Of a stretch of DNA of 64,000 bases, positions 35,338-47,556 are shown in pieces. This DNA is from Neoechinorhynchus agilis (taxonomy: Eukaryota > Animalia > Acanthocephala), in NCBI GenBank assembly GCA_051530055.1, contig CM121341.1, positions 10,332,784 through 10,396,783 on the forward strand, in the 5' to 3' direction. The translations under genes were made by a program, and so were the position numbers. Below the pieces are notes generated by a model, which did no database searches, was not told the DNA's origin, and worked only from the letters and a program-made list of their open reading frames with translations. Position 1 is the first letter of the stretch; each line of letters begins with the position of its first letter.

Positions 35338-37764
35338 AATCGTGGGATTTTTGGGTTAGATTTCGACCCTGCTTATAAGAAGCTTGATATTTTAGGTTAT
35401 ACTTTCACTAGTGACCTCTCGCCCGCCTCCGATATACAAAATATGAAAAAACTTTTAAAGACAGCAAGAGTTAAGGCGAGACGTGCCGCTCGTATTGGGC
35501 TTAGCGCCAAGATATGCAAAGTAATATGGTGCTCTTGGGCTATTTCAGGCCTATTTTTTTATTCCAGAGGAAGGCCTCCGGAACAACGCCTAAAATTCCG
35601 CTGTGTATTCTTGAAAATCCAGTCGAGGCTACCCTTTGAGTGGATTTCCTCAGCAGACTGGGCCAACAAATCCATGCAGTGGATCGGAATATGACTTCCA
35701 AAAACGGATAGTAAATAGTATAGGATGTTGCTTCAGTTATTCATCGACAGCGTTCGATCCATGGTTTGCCTTCGCCGAATATTTTTTTTAATCGGGGGAT
35801 TTTTGGGTTAGATTTCAACCCTGCTTATAAGAAGCTTGATATTTTAGGTTATACTTTCACTAATAACTTCTCGCCCGTCTCCGATATACACAAGATGAAA
35901 AAACTTTTAAAGACAGCAAGAGTTAAGGCGAGACGTGCCGCTCGTATTGGGCTTAGCGCCAAGATATGCAAAGTAATATGGTGCTCTTGGGCTATTTCAG
36001 GCCTAGTTTTTTATTCCAGAGGAAGGCCTCCAGAACAACGCCTAAAATTCCGCTGTGTATTCTTGAAAATCCTGTCGAGGCTACCCTTTGAGTGGATTTC
36101 CTCAGCAGACTGGGCCAACAAATCCATGCAGTGGATCGGATTATGAATTGCGTTCGATCCATGGTTTACCTTTGCCGAATAAATTTTTTCAATCGTGGGC
36201 GTCACCATCGCAGTTTGAATTTAGATTTTGAGCATTTTAATCAATTTTTTGATGACGTAAGTATCGCTTAACTCCATATAAATAAATAAATCTCGAGAAG
36301 TGATATACCAACGATAAATATAATTTACAAAGAAATAACCGAATATTTGTGACTGCTTGAGATGCATGAAACTCACGAAACGAAATAATAATTTCTATTA
36401 TTCTCAAACCGAAAATATGGCTCAAAACGGACACAGTCAATCTTTTGGTATTGACCGATTCCCGGATATGGACGAGGCTTATTTAGAAATGACATATCAG
36501 GAAAATCCGATGCCGAACGAGGAAAGGATTAATAGAATCGCGCAGTTTCTTGGAAAACATCCCGGATCGGTTCAAATTTGGTATTATTTGAAAAGGCGTC
36601 GAATGGTAAATCCGAGTACGTCACTTAGACAACTTTTGAATTACGTCATCAGTGTAAGAATTGCTCTACGATTGGAAGTTCATCGGCAATTCGTGCCTCA
36701 ATACTTTGTGGATTCGTATTTGCCTCGAAGGCCCTCCGTGAAAGGATTAATAGAGCCCGGTGAGCTGTTTCGGCAATACGAGAGGACAATACAAATAGAA
36801 AGCGATTCCGAGAGCGATAGTTCAGATAATGAGTAGAGGATCGATGCTTATGAGATTAAGATTGCACTTCATTAAAAAATATTTATTCTTTTCTATTTTT
36901 GATCACGATCCTTGCAAATCAATAATAGTATCAAATAAGACGTTGAAAGGTAGAAAATCGGATTCTCGGTGGTTCAGTACTTCTTCATTTGCATGTCTTT
37001 CTTTTCGTAAAAGAGGTGGATTTATCCTTCAAATGGGAAACAATCGGAGTTATTCCACGCCTGAGAAACTCAAACGGAAATAATAACATTAGTGGAAATT
37101 GAAAGGTCTTAAACGTGGAGGAAATTTATCAATAATCCAATGGTTGCGAAATGTTTTGAAGTTAATTTGAATGCCGCACAGAGCTGACAAACTCAAATGT
37201 CTGATTAAGCAGTGCATCGACTACCTCAATGTAATCTTACCTCGTATGAATTTGTCCCTCAATCTCTCCAAATCGTTGTGAATCTTCAAGGTTCGTTCAT
37301 GTAGACTTCGAAATGATCTTAAATCTTTCTTTAACAATCTCATGAACCCCTTGAATCAGAAGCAAGCGGATAACGCACACACACCACTTAAATTACGCAT
37401 TCTAGGGCAGGCGCTAACCGTTAATCCATCCCCTAGAACAGATATAAACAAGATGAGAAGGCTGCTAAAAGTAGGCAACAAAATGGCTAATCGAGCGCTG
37501 AAACTATGCATGAACTCGTCGCAAGCGAAAGATATTTGGAAAACCTATGGTGTCCCCGGCTTGGTTTTCTTTTCGAGAGGTCGCCCCCCGAACATCAGGC
37601 TTTCTTTATCGACGCCTTCATCCAACACCTAGATTCATTGCCGTTTTCCTGGGCCGGAGAGTTGAAGAATTTCTGTGCACCCAGAATTAAGCGATGGACA
37701 ACGTGACTTGACCTTTTTCTAAGAACTCCCTCCGCCTTACATGATCAATAAATCTTGTTGTTGT
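35338..37764 (+). repeat. Circularly permuted copy of 3600-6012
   Basis: 35338-37174 corresponds to 4190-6012, then 37175-37764 corresponds to 3600-4189. Confidence 0.9.
36417..36836 (+). CDS. Divergent homeodomain protein, copy 3
   Basis: Intact ORF; helix 3 reads SVQIWYYLKRRR; 6 nt differences from copy 1 (5 nonsynonymous). Confidence 0.8.
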   Translation: MAQNGHSQSFGIDRFPDMDEAYLEMTYQENPMPNEERINRIAQFLGKHPGSVQIWYYLKRRRMVNPSTSLRQLLNYVISVRIALRLEVHRQFVPQYFVDSYLPRRPSVKGLIEPGELFRQYERTIQIESDSESDSSDNE

Positions 37765-37869
37765 GGTTTTCGATAGCAAATAATGAAATAGTTAGACTGC
37801 TGATTAGTCCGCTTGGCGAATATAAGGATATAAAAACTTGCGACGAGGGTGTGATAAGTATTCAGGACA

Positions 37870-39420
37870 CGTTGGAGCGGCAATGACAATTATGAGGGGC
37901 CATAGCCCGGCTGCCAATTAAGATGAACAAGGAGACCGGCCAAGGATTCCGGCGTTTAGGATGTTCTGTGAGGACGGGCAAGCATGGAACTTCTACGAAG
38001 CACAGATGGAGGAAGCCTACGCGGTCACGGATACGGCAACCAAGAGAGCATGTCAACTCTCCTGGATGAGCCTAAAGACTTACGAGGCTTTTAATAAGAG
38101 CAGTGGTGCGAAAGCCTCACCTATGATGAGTTAATTGCAATAATGAAACGACTGTTCGTGTCAGAGACACCGGGGTTGGTCTGCCTTTATAAATTTTATA
38201 GTTATCGTTAGAAGGTTTGATAAGAATTCTGGGAAAGTTCGAATCAACGACGAATGCATTGGAAGTACTACGTCCTGTGGATCGCTCATCAGTCTCGTTC
38301 GAATCTCACGTGGTGAAACCGGTCACATCTAGTTCAAGGGACAAACCACGGTTCAGCAATAGGAGGGTTAACGTGTGGCAAAAAATACCAAGATGCACGA
38401 GTTGTGGAAAGTGGAGATATCGAAACCCTGATGATCGCTCTGCAAAAGATGTGATGTGTTACAAATGTAATAACAAGGGACATTTTGTGCGTTGTTGTGG
38501 TCGACAGGTTAATAGTTTGGGCTTAATTGATGATGAGAACATGAAATGAAGAATGGAAAGAGGTCAGCAGCAGCATCAGAGTATTGTGCGGCATGCAAAT
38601 GGCACAAATCTTAGTGAAACTCAATCAGGTACCGATCGAAATGGAATTTGATGCGGGTGCCGCTGTCAGTGTGATATCCAAGAAGATTTGGTGTAAAATA
38701 GGAGCACCCAAACTGATTAGTGCTAGAAAGATACGAGCATTTGGTGGATGCCAGATTGATACTCTTGGAAAATGTTCGGTAAATGCAGATTATAAGAGTC
38801 AAAGCAAACGATTGGACGTCGTGGTAGACGCACCAGAAAGGCCGTTGTTCGGTCTGGATTGGATATCGAATCTGGGGGTAACGATCCGATATTAAGGATT
38901 TCGCGGCGTCGTTGGTTGTGCTTGTCGATACGAAACCGATAAGATGGAACGTTCGCAGGATTCCTTTTGCATTGCACTAATGGGCTGTAGGTGAGATTAA
39001 CCGATTGGTGTGCGACGGTGTTCTTGCTTCGGTCGATATCTTAAAGGAGGAAATTACGTGGGCATCAACAGATTTCTAAATGTGGATTCGTTGCATATCC
39101 CAACTTTTGAACAAATGATGAACCGAGTGGCTGGTGGAGAGAAATATAGTATCATCGACCTGAAGGATGCGTATTTTCAAATCCCGGTGGATAAAGACAC
39201 TAGCCGATTGTTAGCGATTTCAACCACGTAGGGGTATTATCGTTATCAGCGTCTGCCGTTTGGTATCTAAGCCACTCCGGGAATTTTTCAAAGATTTATT
39301 AATAAGATTCTGCATGGTCTCGAAGGAGATAATGCATATCTTGATGATATCATTGTTACAGAATCATCAGATAATGTTCATGTACAAAGATAAATCGAAG
39401 TCTTTGAGAATTGTCGCCGG
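37870..39420 (+). mobile_element. Decayed Gypsy LTR retrotransposon (gag, protease, RT)
   Basis: CYKCNNKGHFVRCC knuckle; protease EFDAGAAVSVIS; RT IDLKDAYFQI, RLPFG and YLDDII; stops. Confidence 0.85.
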
Positions 39421-39989
39421 GGTGATTTTGATTCGAGTTTGGCGATGTTGTTCCCCCGGATTGTTGTTGGTATTGCTCATTTATTTAAAATATTTAGTAA
39501 GCTTCTTGCTTACCTCCTCAGTTAGATCTACAAATTAAGCTAAAGTCAAAATTGGGATATTAAATTTCTCCGACCGCCGAAAGTGCTAAAATAATACACA
39601 TCAATAAAAAAAGAAAAAATTGCACTTTACGATGGTCAAATGTTTTGCCCTTCCTCCTTGTTCGCCGACACGAACCTCCTGCCACATACCTCCCCTCCAG
39701 TGTCGCCGCACTAATTGCATTGAGTCCTGAAAACGCGTTAGTTGGGAAGAGGTACTAAGGGTAGCGCCGGGGCAGTGATTTCGGGTACTGGGACATGGTC
39801 AAAAGCTCCATGTTGAAGATTCTTTATCGCGTCTCGGCACCGTGAAGCTTCCTGCTGAGGAAGGAGGGGCTTCCAGGTGCCGTCTTTGGTCCGTTGTTTG
39901 TGGGCTGCGCCGACTGTCAGACATCAATGGCGATGGCGAGCGTTGGTTCCTTGTTAGGTTGAGCAAGGAGAGCCCCGTGTCACGATGTA

Positions 39990-40450
39990 GTGCTGGGCCT
40001 GATGTCGAGCAACCGAGTTGAACCTTATTTTTGATCAGGAATAGAGCATCGTGTGACGAAAGTTCCCGGACTCTATCGCACAGTGTTCGGGAGTAGATTG
40101 TCGATTTCATTTTCCACATTAGAATCAAAAACGCAGCTCCCTAAAAGACTCAGCCGGTCTAGAGTGATCAATTTTAAACCGGGTGCCAGATTTCTAAATC
40201 CTTTGACGATTTCGCTCTGCGCTGACTCGTTTTCGATGTTCATTACAAACAGTTCTCATTTCCCTGCATTGAGCTCAATGCCCATTCTCGAGATTTCCCT
40301 ATTCAGCGTCTCCAGATCGCGCAGTACAACGGAGGGATCACCTCCGAGAGTAGCGTCATCCAAGTACCAAGCGTTAAAGCTAGAATGGAGAGAATGCGGT
40401 ATTGGATTTACTGCAAGGGAGAAAGCAATTGGACCGAGAGGGTCTCCCTG
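39990..40450 (-). mobile_element. CRE-type RT fragment
   Basis: GDPLGPIAFSLAVNP..FNAWYLDDATL, homologous to 52470-52900. Confidence 0.85.
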
Positions 40451-40703
40451 CTATTGCTAAATCCACCGGATCTCGGGCTTTATAAATGATCTCGGTGGAG
40501 AGGTTCACCTCGCCATCTGAATGGCACCGCGAATGGTGTTCCGCCCAAGGTTTGGCTGCTGGCGTACTGGGGTTGAGCGCATTACGTACATGCTCCGTGT
40601 AACTCGTTTGTACAGCGGTCGCTTTGCCTTCCCAATGTATGTGATATAACTCCTTCTTTGCAACGTCCGCAGGTCATCTTATGCACAACGTTGCGTTCTA
40701 GGT

Positions 40704-42375
40704 AAAAGTTGATTTATTAGGAGTTAAACCATGTTTTGCGGTCCAAGAAATTTAATTGTGAGTTGATAATTACAATTACAAAAGTCTTTGCAAAAAAATT
40801 ACAAAAGTTCCAATTACAGTAGCAGGTTAAAAGGCAATCTTTTTTGAAGCGACTACCCATTAGAAGCAGATAAAGAAAATTCCTAGTCATAAATTTGACC
40901 GAAAATGCAACACAAACACCAAAATACAAAAACATAAAATCAATAAAAGAATGGTTGTGAGGAATCAACTACAATTTTAATTTGTGTTCCATCCTGATGA
41001 TTATTTATTAAGTGGCGAAAGTGCATTTGTGATAATTTCGTGTTAAACCAGAAAGTTGAGAATGAAGCGCGGAAATCAACAATTTAGTTGTACGCGACTT
41101 TGGTTTTATTGTTTCCTGCAAAAAAGCTATTTTGCCGATAATCCAAACGGCCACCGTCAACAATGTACATTAATTAACAAAAACAAAAACACTGAACGTT
41201 TGTAAGTTTTTAAAAGACGCAAAAGTTTTGCTAGTCAACAAACCGAAAAATGGTGAAATGAGTTTGTACTTTGCAATTAGCGGATAAAGTGAAACGATTT
41301 TTCTTACTTATGCAAGTGATCAATAGGATTCGATCATTGAATAATCACCCCGAAGACCGAAGGTAATCAAATGAACTTTGGGCGCCCGCCTTATGCGCCA
41401 ATAATCGCCGCGGCCATTAACGAAAGTAGTAGTGGCCGACTAAGCGTTAAGGATATTTACCGCCACATTATTGAAAACGTTCCTTATTTTGCTATTAGAC
41501 AGGATGGAAGCGAATACAAGGCTTGGAGGGTTTGTTGTGTGTATTTTATAAAAAATATTGATTTGCCCGAATTTAGAGCATGGTAAGAAGAACCCTTTGT
41601 TACAATCGAGCATTTCGCAAGATTGCAACAATCGGAAGCCCCAGAAAATCTTATTGGTCGGTCGTTCCTGGTCATCCGCTCAGCAATCCCGCAACAGTCC
41701 AGCGTATAATAACGTCGTCGATATCGGCGGAACAGTAAAGTTCCAATGGATCAAACTAATCAACTTGACTAACAAACTTACAAAGGAATGACTTTATGCC
41801 ACTAATTGGCAACATTTAAATAAATAGCGTAGTATATGGCAACCAGAAGTTTAATCTTCATTTAACAATGAACTGCAAATATTCGAACTTTTGTCATCAA
41901 AGAAATCTAACTATCTTTCTCCATCATAAATACAAAATTTATCAAAAACTGTTTAGCGAAAACGTTCCCTGCGTAACAATTATAAAAGCCTTCTTAATAA
42001 AAATTGAATATAGGAAGCAGTAAAAAGTGGACATTAAGCATTAATACAAATGCTTCTAATTTTTGTTAGTCAGAATCTTTCATTTTCGGCGTTTCGCCCA
42101 TTCAGAGCCCAGTGGTCAATCGTTTTTGGAATATTAGCGATTTTATGTTGCCTCTTTGTCGATGGAGTGCGGGAAATGTTCCCACACGTTAAAAAAAACT
42201 CGGGCCCTATTCGTTATTTTTTACATTTCAGTTTGTTTAGATAAAAATAACTCAAATGATTACGTGAACAAACAAGTATGCTAACGCGAAATAAATTTAA
42301 CAAATCATCACCAATACGTCGATTCAAGCAAATTTTTTAAGTTGATAAAGAGAATTATATTTGCTCTGTAAAAAA
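40704..42375 (+). repeat. Local duplication, copy 1; copy 2 is 46270-50508, interrupted by a PLE and a SINE
   Basis: Colinear identity on both sides of the two insertions. Confidence 0.9.
41371..41738 (+). CDS. Forkhead-domain-only protein (106 aa); exons 41371-41529 and 41577-41738
   Basis: RPPYAPIIAAAINESSSGRLSVKDIYRHIIENVPYF..YKAWR / 47-nt GT..AG intron / SMVRRTLCYNRAFRKIATIGSPRKSYWSV restores the forkhead W..SIRHNLS.N..F and YW pattern. Confidence 0.8.
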
Positions 42376-42659
42376 ACTTTCTTAAAATAGCTTGAATACT
42401 TTAATTATATTTCTTTTGGGATATTTTTAACACAAATTTAAAAATATTTCGCCAAAGCAAATGAGCATAAAACGACAAAATACAAAGAATGTAGCTTTCG
42501 CAATCATTAATATCTTAATTAACGAAATACTCCCCGCTCCCGTTTATACAAAAATTTGGCCAAATCTGAGTTTACATTCATTTCCTAAGTGGCACGAATA
42601 AGAACGTTACAATTGGTAAAGTGGGAGAATCGCATCCACAAATGTGTTTCTTTCTTTAG

Positions 42660-43196
42660 ATGCCGCTTGGACGAAAAGCCAAAATAGAGAGTTCAGATGA
42701 TTCGGAAGGTTCATCATCAGTCAAAATATTGGATCATCCAGGAGCGAATCTAAAGGGAGAATTAGAGCATAAAGAAGTACCCAAAGTTGATGAAGAAAAG
42801 GGATCGCCGGATGATGAAGATAATCGAAACGTCGTTGAAGGCGTCCTTGGCAAAAAGGTGGTACTTGGGCGAGATATGTACCTGCTGAAATGGTGCGGAT
42901 ATCCGCGTGATCAAAGTTCATGGGCACCGATTGAGAATTGCGACTGCCAAGAACTCATTGATGAATACGAATCAAAGCAGAAGATTAAAAGACATTCTTA
43001 TTACCTGCGAAACAGATCGAAAGCTGTTGTTTTTTGCGATATGCAGAGCTCCGTGGTCGTTGACTCGAGCCAGAATGTAAATCAGTCAAATAAATCAGGA
43101 TTGAAACCAGAAATGGATACTTCAACATTAGAACATGGTACTGTTCAAGATGAACCTCATCCTGAGAACGATAGTGATCAAAGTGTTCCTAAATAA
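42660..43196 (+). CDS. HP1-like chromodomain protein without chromoshadow domain (178 aa)
   Basis: VVEGVLGKKVVLGRDMYLLKWCGYPRDQSSWAPIENCDCQELIDEY; acidic flanks; TTTAG immediately before the ATG. Confidence 0.85.
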   Translation: MPLGRKAKIESSDDSEGSSSVKILDHPGANLKGELEHKEVPKVDEEKGSPDDEDNRNVVEGVLGKKVVLGRDMYLLKWCGYPRDQSSWAPIENCDCQELIDEYESKQKIKRHSYYLRNRSKAVVFCDMQSSVVVDSSQNVNQSNKSGLKPEMDTSTLEHGTVQDEPHPENDSDQSVPK

Positions 43197-44682
43197 AATT
43201 GCCTTTAAATGGGTGATTGAAGAACAATTTAAGACGCCGAAAATACGATTCGTGTTCGATAGCTGAGAACACATTCCGGTTGATTTTAATGCACACATTT
43301 CTCAGATTTCACATTTATATTTTTAAATAAGTCGGTCACCTTTTTCTATTGATCAAGCAACTCTTATTTCCTTCCATCTTTACCGTTCTGCTCCTTGAAA
43401 TGCACTTTTAACACCGATAACTGTTCTTGGAAGATAAGTTTTTAAATCTGGTTGAAAATACACATTTTTGCAAAGTGAAAAAAATTGAAGATAAGGTTTA
43501 AATTCTATTTTTTTCCCGAAGGTTTTAATCGGATAAACATGCACGGAAAAGGCGTTAAAAATATTATTATCTTTTCATAGTTCCCAAAATGATAAAATCG
43601 CAGACATATTTCTTTTAAACACCAAAAGTTCAAAGACTATTCTATACTCTACGAATTTTGATGCTTTTATGATTTGTTTCGTTATTTAATCAACGCTTGT
43701 TGAACAAAATAACCTACTATCTCTTTCCCTTACATTCCGAATAATTTTAAAATTTTTATTTGAAATAAAGGTAGTTGCACTCGTTTGAAATAGCAAATCG
43801 ACTGCTTTATAAAACTGAGCTTAAAAACCGCGATAGTTTGTAAACAGAAATATTCAATCGACCTTTGTTTAAACCGAAATATTCAATCGACCTTTGTTTA
43901 CATAAAAAATAAAAAATACCTATCTTCCTGTGATGCATTTATTAAACCTTGGATTTCATATCGTTGGACGTTTGCATTGGCGGTCAGTAACTATATCTTT
44001 GCATAGTAATTTAAAACCGAAAACTGAAGGAGCCGAAAAATTGTATAAAGTAATTTATTTGCCCTTAAGCATTATTTGTGGTCGATTAATCTTTGTGGAA
44101 TCCCTCAATTGACTCTAGTCGTGAAAACAAAATAATAAATAAATTGCTGACGATGTTGACAAACTGAAAAGTTTGTTCAGTTGGAGATCTTTTTGGTTTA
44201 AAACGAAAACCTTCATGGCACGAAATCAAGGAAATTCTGAAGTAAATACTTTGCGAAGAAGCCCAATATTTGATGTTATTTGACGTTTAATGGTAATCGC
44301 GTTTTTGATTTCAGCAATATTGCATGAGCATTCAATATTCTATTGTTCGACTATAAAAAATTAAATAACCGCAGATAAACTCCGAAAAAATTGCTACCAT
44401 TTTCACAGAAAATATTTTCTAAAATGAGTATTATTTACGTAAACAGCAAATTTTGTATTACGCTCATTTTCCAAAAACAGTAAAGGTGGCCACCGAAACG
44501 AACGCAAAATAAGCGTAAATCACGTTATATTCCTGCGAAAAACTGAACTGCGAATCTATTAACAGAAATCCGTCCAAATCTTTTCACTGGGACCGGCAGT
44601 GATCGAAATTTCTCCCGCTGTATTCACTCAAATTTGACCTAATAACTCAATAGAAATTCTATTTACAATTTTAATTTAGACA

Positions 44683-45867
44683 ATGAGCAACCAAGCAGTT
44701 GGACTTAAAAACGGATCGTTCAAATGCTTTGTAAATTCCGTTCGTCAAGCAATCTTCTACAACCGTCCATTTCACCAATTTATCAGCGCCGAAACCGAGA
44801 CGGAGTGCACTTATGACATTAATGATAATGTCTTTTGTTTAAAATGTGAATTAAAGAGAATTTTACGGCGAATGAAAAATGTTAAACTCGGTCCATTCGA
44901 TGCCGCTAAGCGACTGATTCAACGACTTACTTTCGTCAACGGAATAAACTTCAATAGACAGTCCGATGCGAATGAGTTCATGATGATTGCATTAAATCAA
45001 ACTATCGATGACTTTGCTAAAAATCATCCTGTTGAGTTTGCTGATATCTGTTTGACTGCGATCGGATTGTACAAATGCCACTTTTCATTGAGCTACAAAT
45101 GTGAAGAATGCGGTTCTGTGAGTTATCGTTTTGAAGAATCCGAAATGATACCAATTTTCGCAAATAATGGGAAACAGAATCTGTGTGAGCTTCTTCGCAG
45201 CTACATTGGAACTCCAAACGATTGTGTAATTCCATGCGACGAATGCGGAGGACGAACTAAGGAGACTCGGGTAACCACAGAAAGTCCTGATTGCTTGATC
45301 GTTACGATATTCAATACGATTGGCAATCTAAAGAATGGTCACAACATTACAATTCCAACGAGTTTTTATTTACCTGGTTTGTGCCGAGAATTTTGCTATC
45401 GTTACGATCTCAGCTCCGCAGTTTGCCATCATTCGGACAGTACGGAGTATGGCCATTATACAGCAATTGTAAGGCAAAAACTCTACCGATGGCTAATTGC
45501 AGATGACGAAAAGATTCAATTGGGTACGAGGACGAAGTCTATTCGTCGTTCACTTCTTCATGCTTACGTCCTTTTGTTCCAACGTTCAATATGTTTCAAT
45601 CTTTCGACAAGACTGAAGCTTGATCTTGATAATCGAACAACAATGGATGATTGCGAACAGATCAATTTGAACATAGGCATATCCGACGAATCTTGCAACA
45701 ACGAACAAACCGAAATGAAGAACACAATCGGTAGAATCTCACGTGGACGGACTAACTTGTTATTCAAAATTTTATCTTTTTTTGCTTCGGTTAGAAACCG
45801 ATTCACTGAATTTATGTTCACAAAGACTAAACTGATTACCTGTCGCATTGTTGTTTGGTGCAAATAA
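44683..45867 (+). CDS. Ubiquitin-specific protease (peptidase C19), 394 aa, intronless
   Basis: Cys box GLKNGSFKCFVNS; QSDANEF; two CxxC motifs; His box YDLSSAVCHH..GHYTA..W..ADD. Confidence 0.9.
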   Translation: MSNQAVGLKNGSFKCFVNSVRQAIFYNRPFHQFISAETETECTYDINDNVFCLKCELKRILRRMKNVKLGPFDAAKRLIQRLTFVNGINFNRQSDANEFMMIALNQTIDDFAKNHPVEFADICLTAIGLYKCHFSLSYKCEECGSVSYRFEESEMIPIFANNGKQNLCELLRSYIGTPNDCVIPCDECGGRTKETRVTTESPDCLIVTIFNTIGNLKNGHNITIPTSFYLPGLCREFCYRYDLSSAVCHHSDSTEYGHYTAIVRQKLYRWLIADDEKIQLGTRTKSIRRSLLHAYVLLFQRSICFNLSTRLKLDLDNRTTMDDCEQINLNIGISDESCNNEQTEMKNTIGRISRGRTNLLFKILSFFASVRNRFTEFMFTKTKLITCRIVVWCK

Positions 45868-46912
45868 AAAATCTCTAAACAAAGGGTTATCGATGTTATG
45901 GGAAAGTTAATCTCGTTATATGTTTAAGCTGATTAATTTACGAAAAGAAAATATGTCGAAAGCATGTCGATTCCTCGTAAAAATACATTGAAATCCTTAG
46001 AAAATTATAATGGAATTGAATGCGCCGTTTAAAACCGTCATTGAACTCGATTTCTGTGATGAATAAATTGACCTATTGATTCCTAAAATCTGTGAGATTG
46101 GACTAATTTTGTGCAAGCCGAGCACAAATAAACTTAAAACCAAAAAGGATGCCAGTCATTTTTATTGCAATGAGAGACCATGAGTTATTTTTTTAACACT
46201 AAGAAACATTAAAATTCACAGAAGACTGAAAAAAGTTTGTTAGACTTTTTCATTGTTCTTAATAAGGAAAAAGTTGATCTATTAAGAGTTAAACCATGTT
46301 TTGCAGTCCAAGAAATTTAATAGTGAGTTGATAATTACAATTACAAAAGTTCCAATTACAGTAGCAGGTTAAAAGGCAATCTTTTTTGAAACGACTACCA
46401 ATTAGAAGCAGATAAAGAAAATTCCTAGTCACAAATTTGATAGAAAATGCAACACAAACACCAAAATACAAAAACATAAAATCAATAAAAGAAAGGTTGC
46501 GAGGAATCAACTACAATTTTAATTTGTGTTCCATCCTGATGATTATTTATTAAGTGGCGAAAGTGCATTTGTGATAATTTCGTGTTAAACCAGAAAGTTG
46601 AGAATGAAGCGTGGAAATCAACAATTTAGTTGTACGCGACTTTGTTTTTATTGTTTCCTGCAAAAAAGCTATTTTGCCGATAATCCGAACGGCCACCGTC
46701 AACAATGTACATTAATTAACAAAAACAAAAACACTGAACGTTTGTAAGTTTTTAAAAGACGCAAAAGTTTTGCTAGTCAACAAACCGAAAAATGGTGAAA
46801 TGAGTTTGTACTTTGCAATTAGCGGATAAAGTGAAACGATTTTTCTTACTTATGCAAGTGATCAATAGGATTTGATCATTGAATAATCAACCCGAAGAGC
46901 GAAGGTAATCAA

Positions 46913-47280
46913 ATGAACTTTGGGCGCCCGCCTTATGCGCCAATAATCGCAGCGGCCATTAACGAAAGTAGTAGTGGCCGACTAAGCGTTAAGGATATTT
47001 ACCGCCACATTATTGAAAACGTTCCTTATTTTGCTATTAGACAGGATGGAAGCGAATACAGGGCTTAGAGGGTTTGTTGTGTGTATTTTATAAAAAATAT
47101 TGATTTGTCCGAATTTAGAGCACGGTAAGGAGAACTCTTTGTTACAATCGAGCATTTCGAAAGATTGCAACAATCGGAAGCCCCAGAAAATCTTATTGGA
47201 CGGTCGTTCCTGGTCATCCGCTCAGCAATCCCACAACAGTCGAGGATGTAACAGCATCGTCGATATTGGGTGAACAGTAA
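46913..47280 (+). pseudogene. Forkhead-only paralog with nonsense mutation
   Basis: Same exon structure (intron 47072-47118); conserved Trp codon TGG is TAG at 47066-47068. Confidence 0.85.
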
Positions 47281-47507
47281 AGGTCCAATGGACCAAACCA
47301 ATCAACTTGACTAACAAACTTACAAAGGAATGACTTTATGCCACTAATTGACAACATTTAAATAAATAGCGTAGTATATGGCAACCAGAAGTTTAATCTT
47401 CAATGTACAATGAGCTGTAAATAGTCGAACTTTTCATCTATAGAAAATCCTTCGGGTTAGTCAAAGTATAATTTTGGTGAAAATACTCCCGTTAATAGCG
47501 CATTTGA

Positions 47508-47556
47508 TTTATTTGAGATATTTCGCGAGGTAACCTCGCCTCATCAGTCATCTAAA
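47508..47556 (-). ncRNA. Type I hammerhead motif in the inverted pLTR
   Basis: CTGATGA-G-GCGAGG(TTA)CCTCGC-GAAATATC with palindromic ATAT helix III; helix I TGA/TCA plus TTTA/TAAA. Confidence 0.65.

Noticed and set aside
43848-43900. About 28-bp direct duplication AAATATTCAATCGACCTTTGTTTA
   Set aside because: Simple local slippage with no further structure.
47066-47068. Stop-codon reassignment (TAG or TAA inside forkhead and GIY-YIG motifs)
   Set aside because: The long intact genes contain no in-frame stops, and the paralog has TGG; these are ordinary inactivating mutations.
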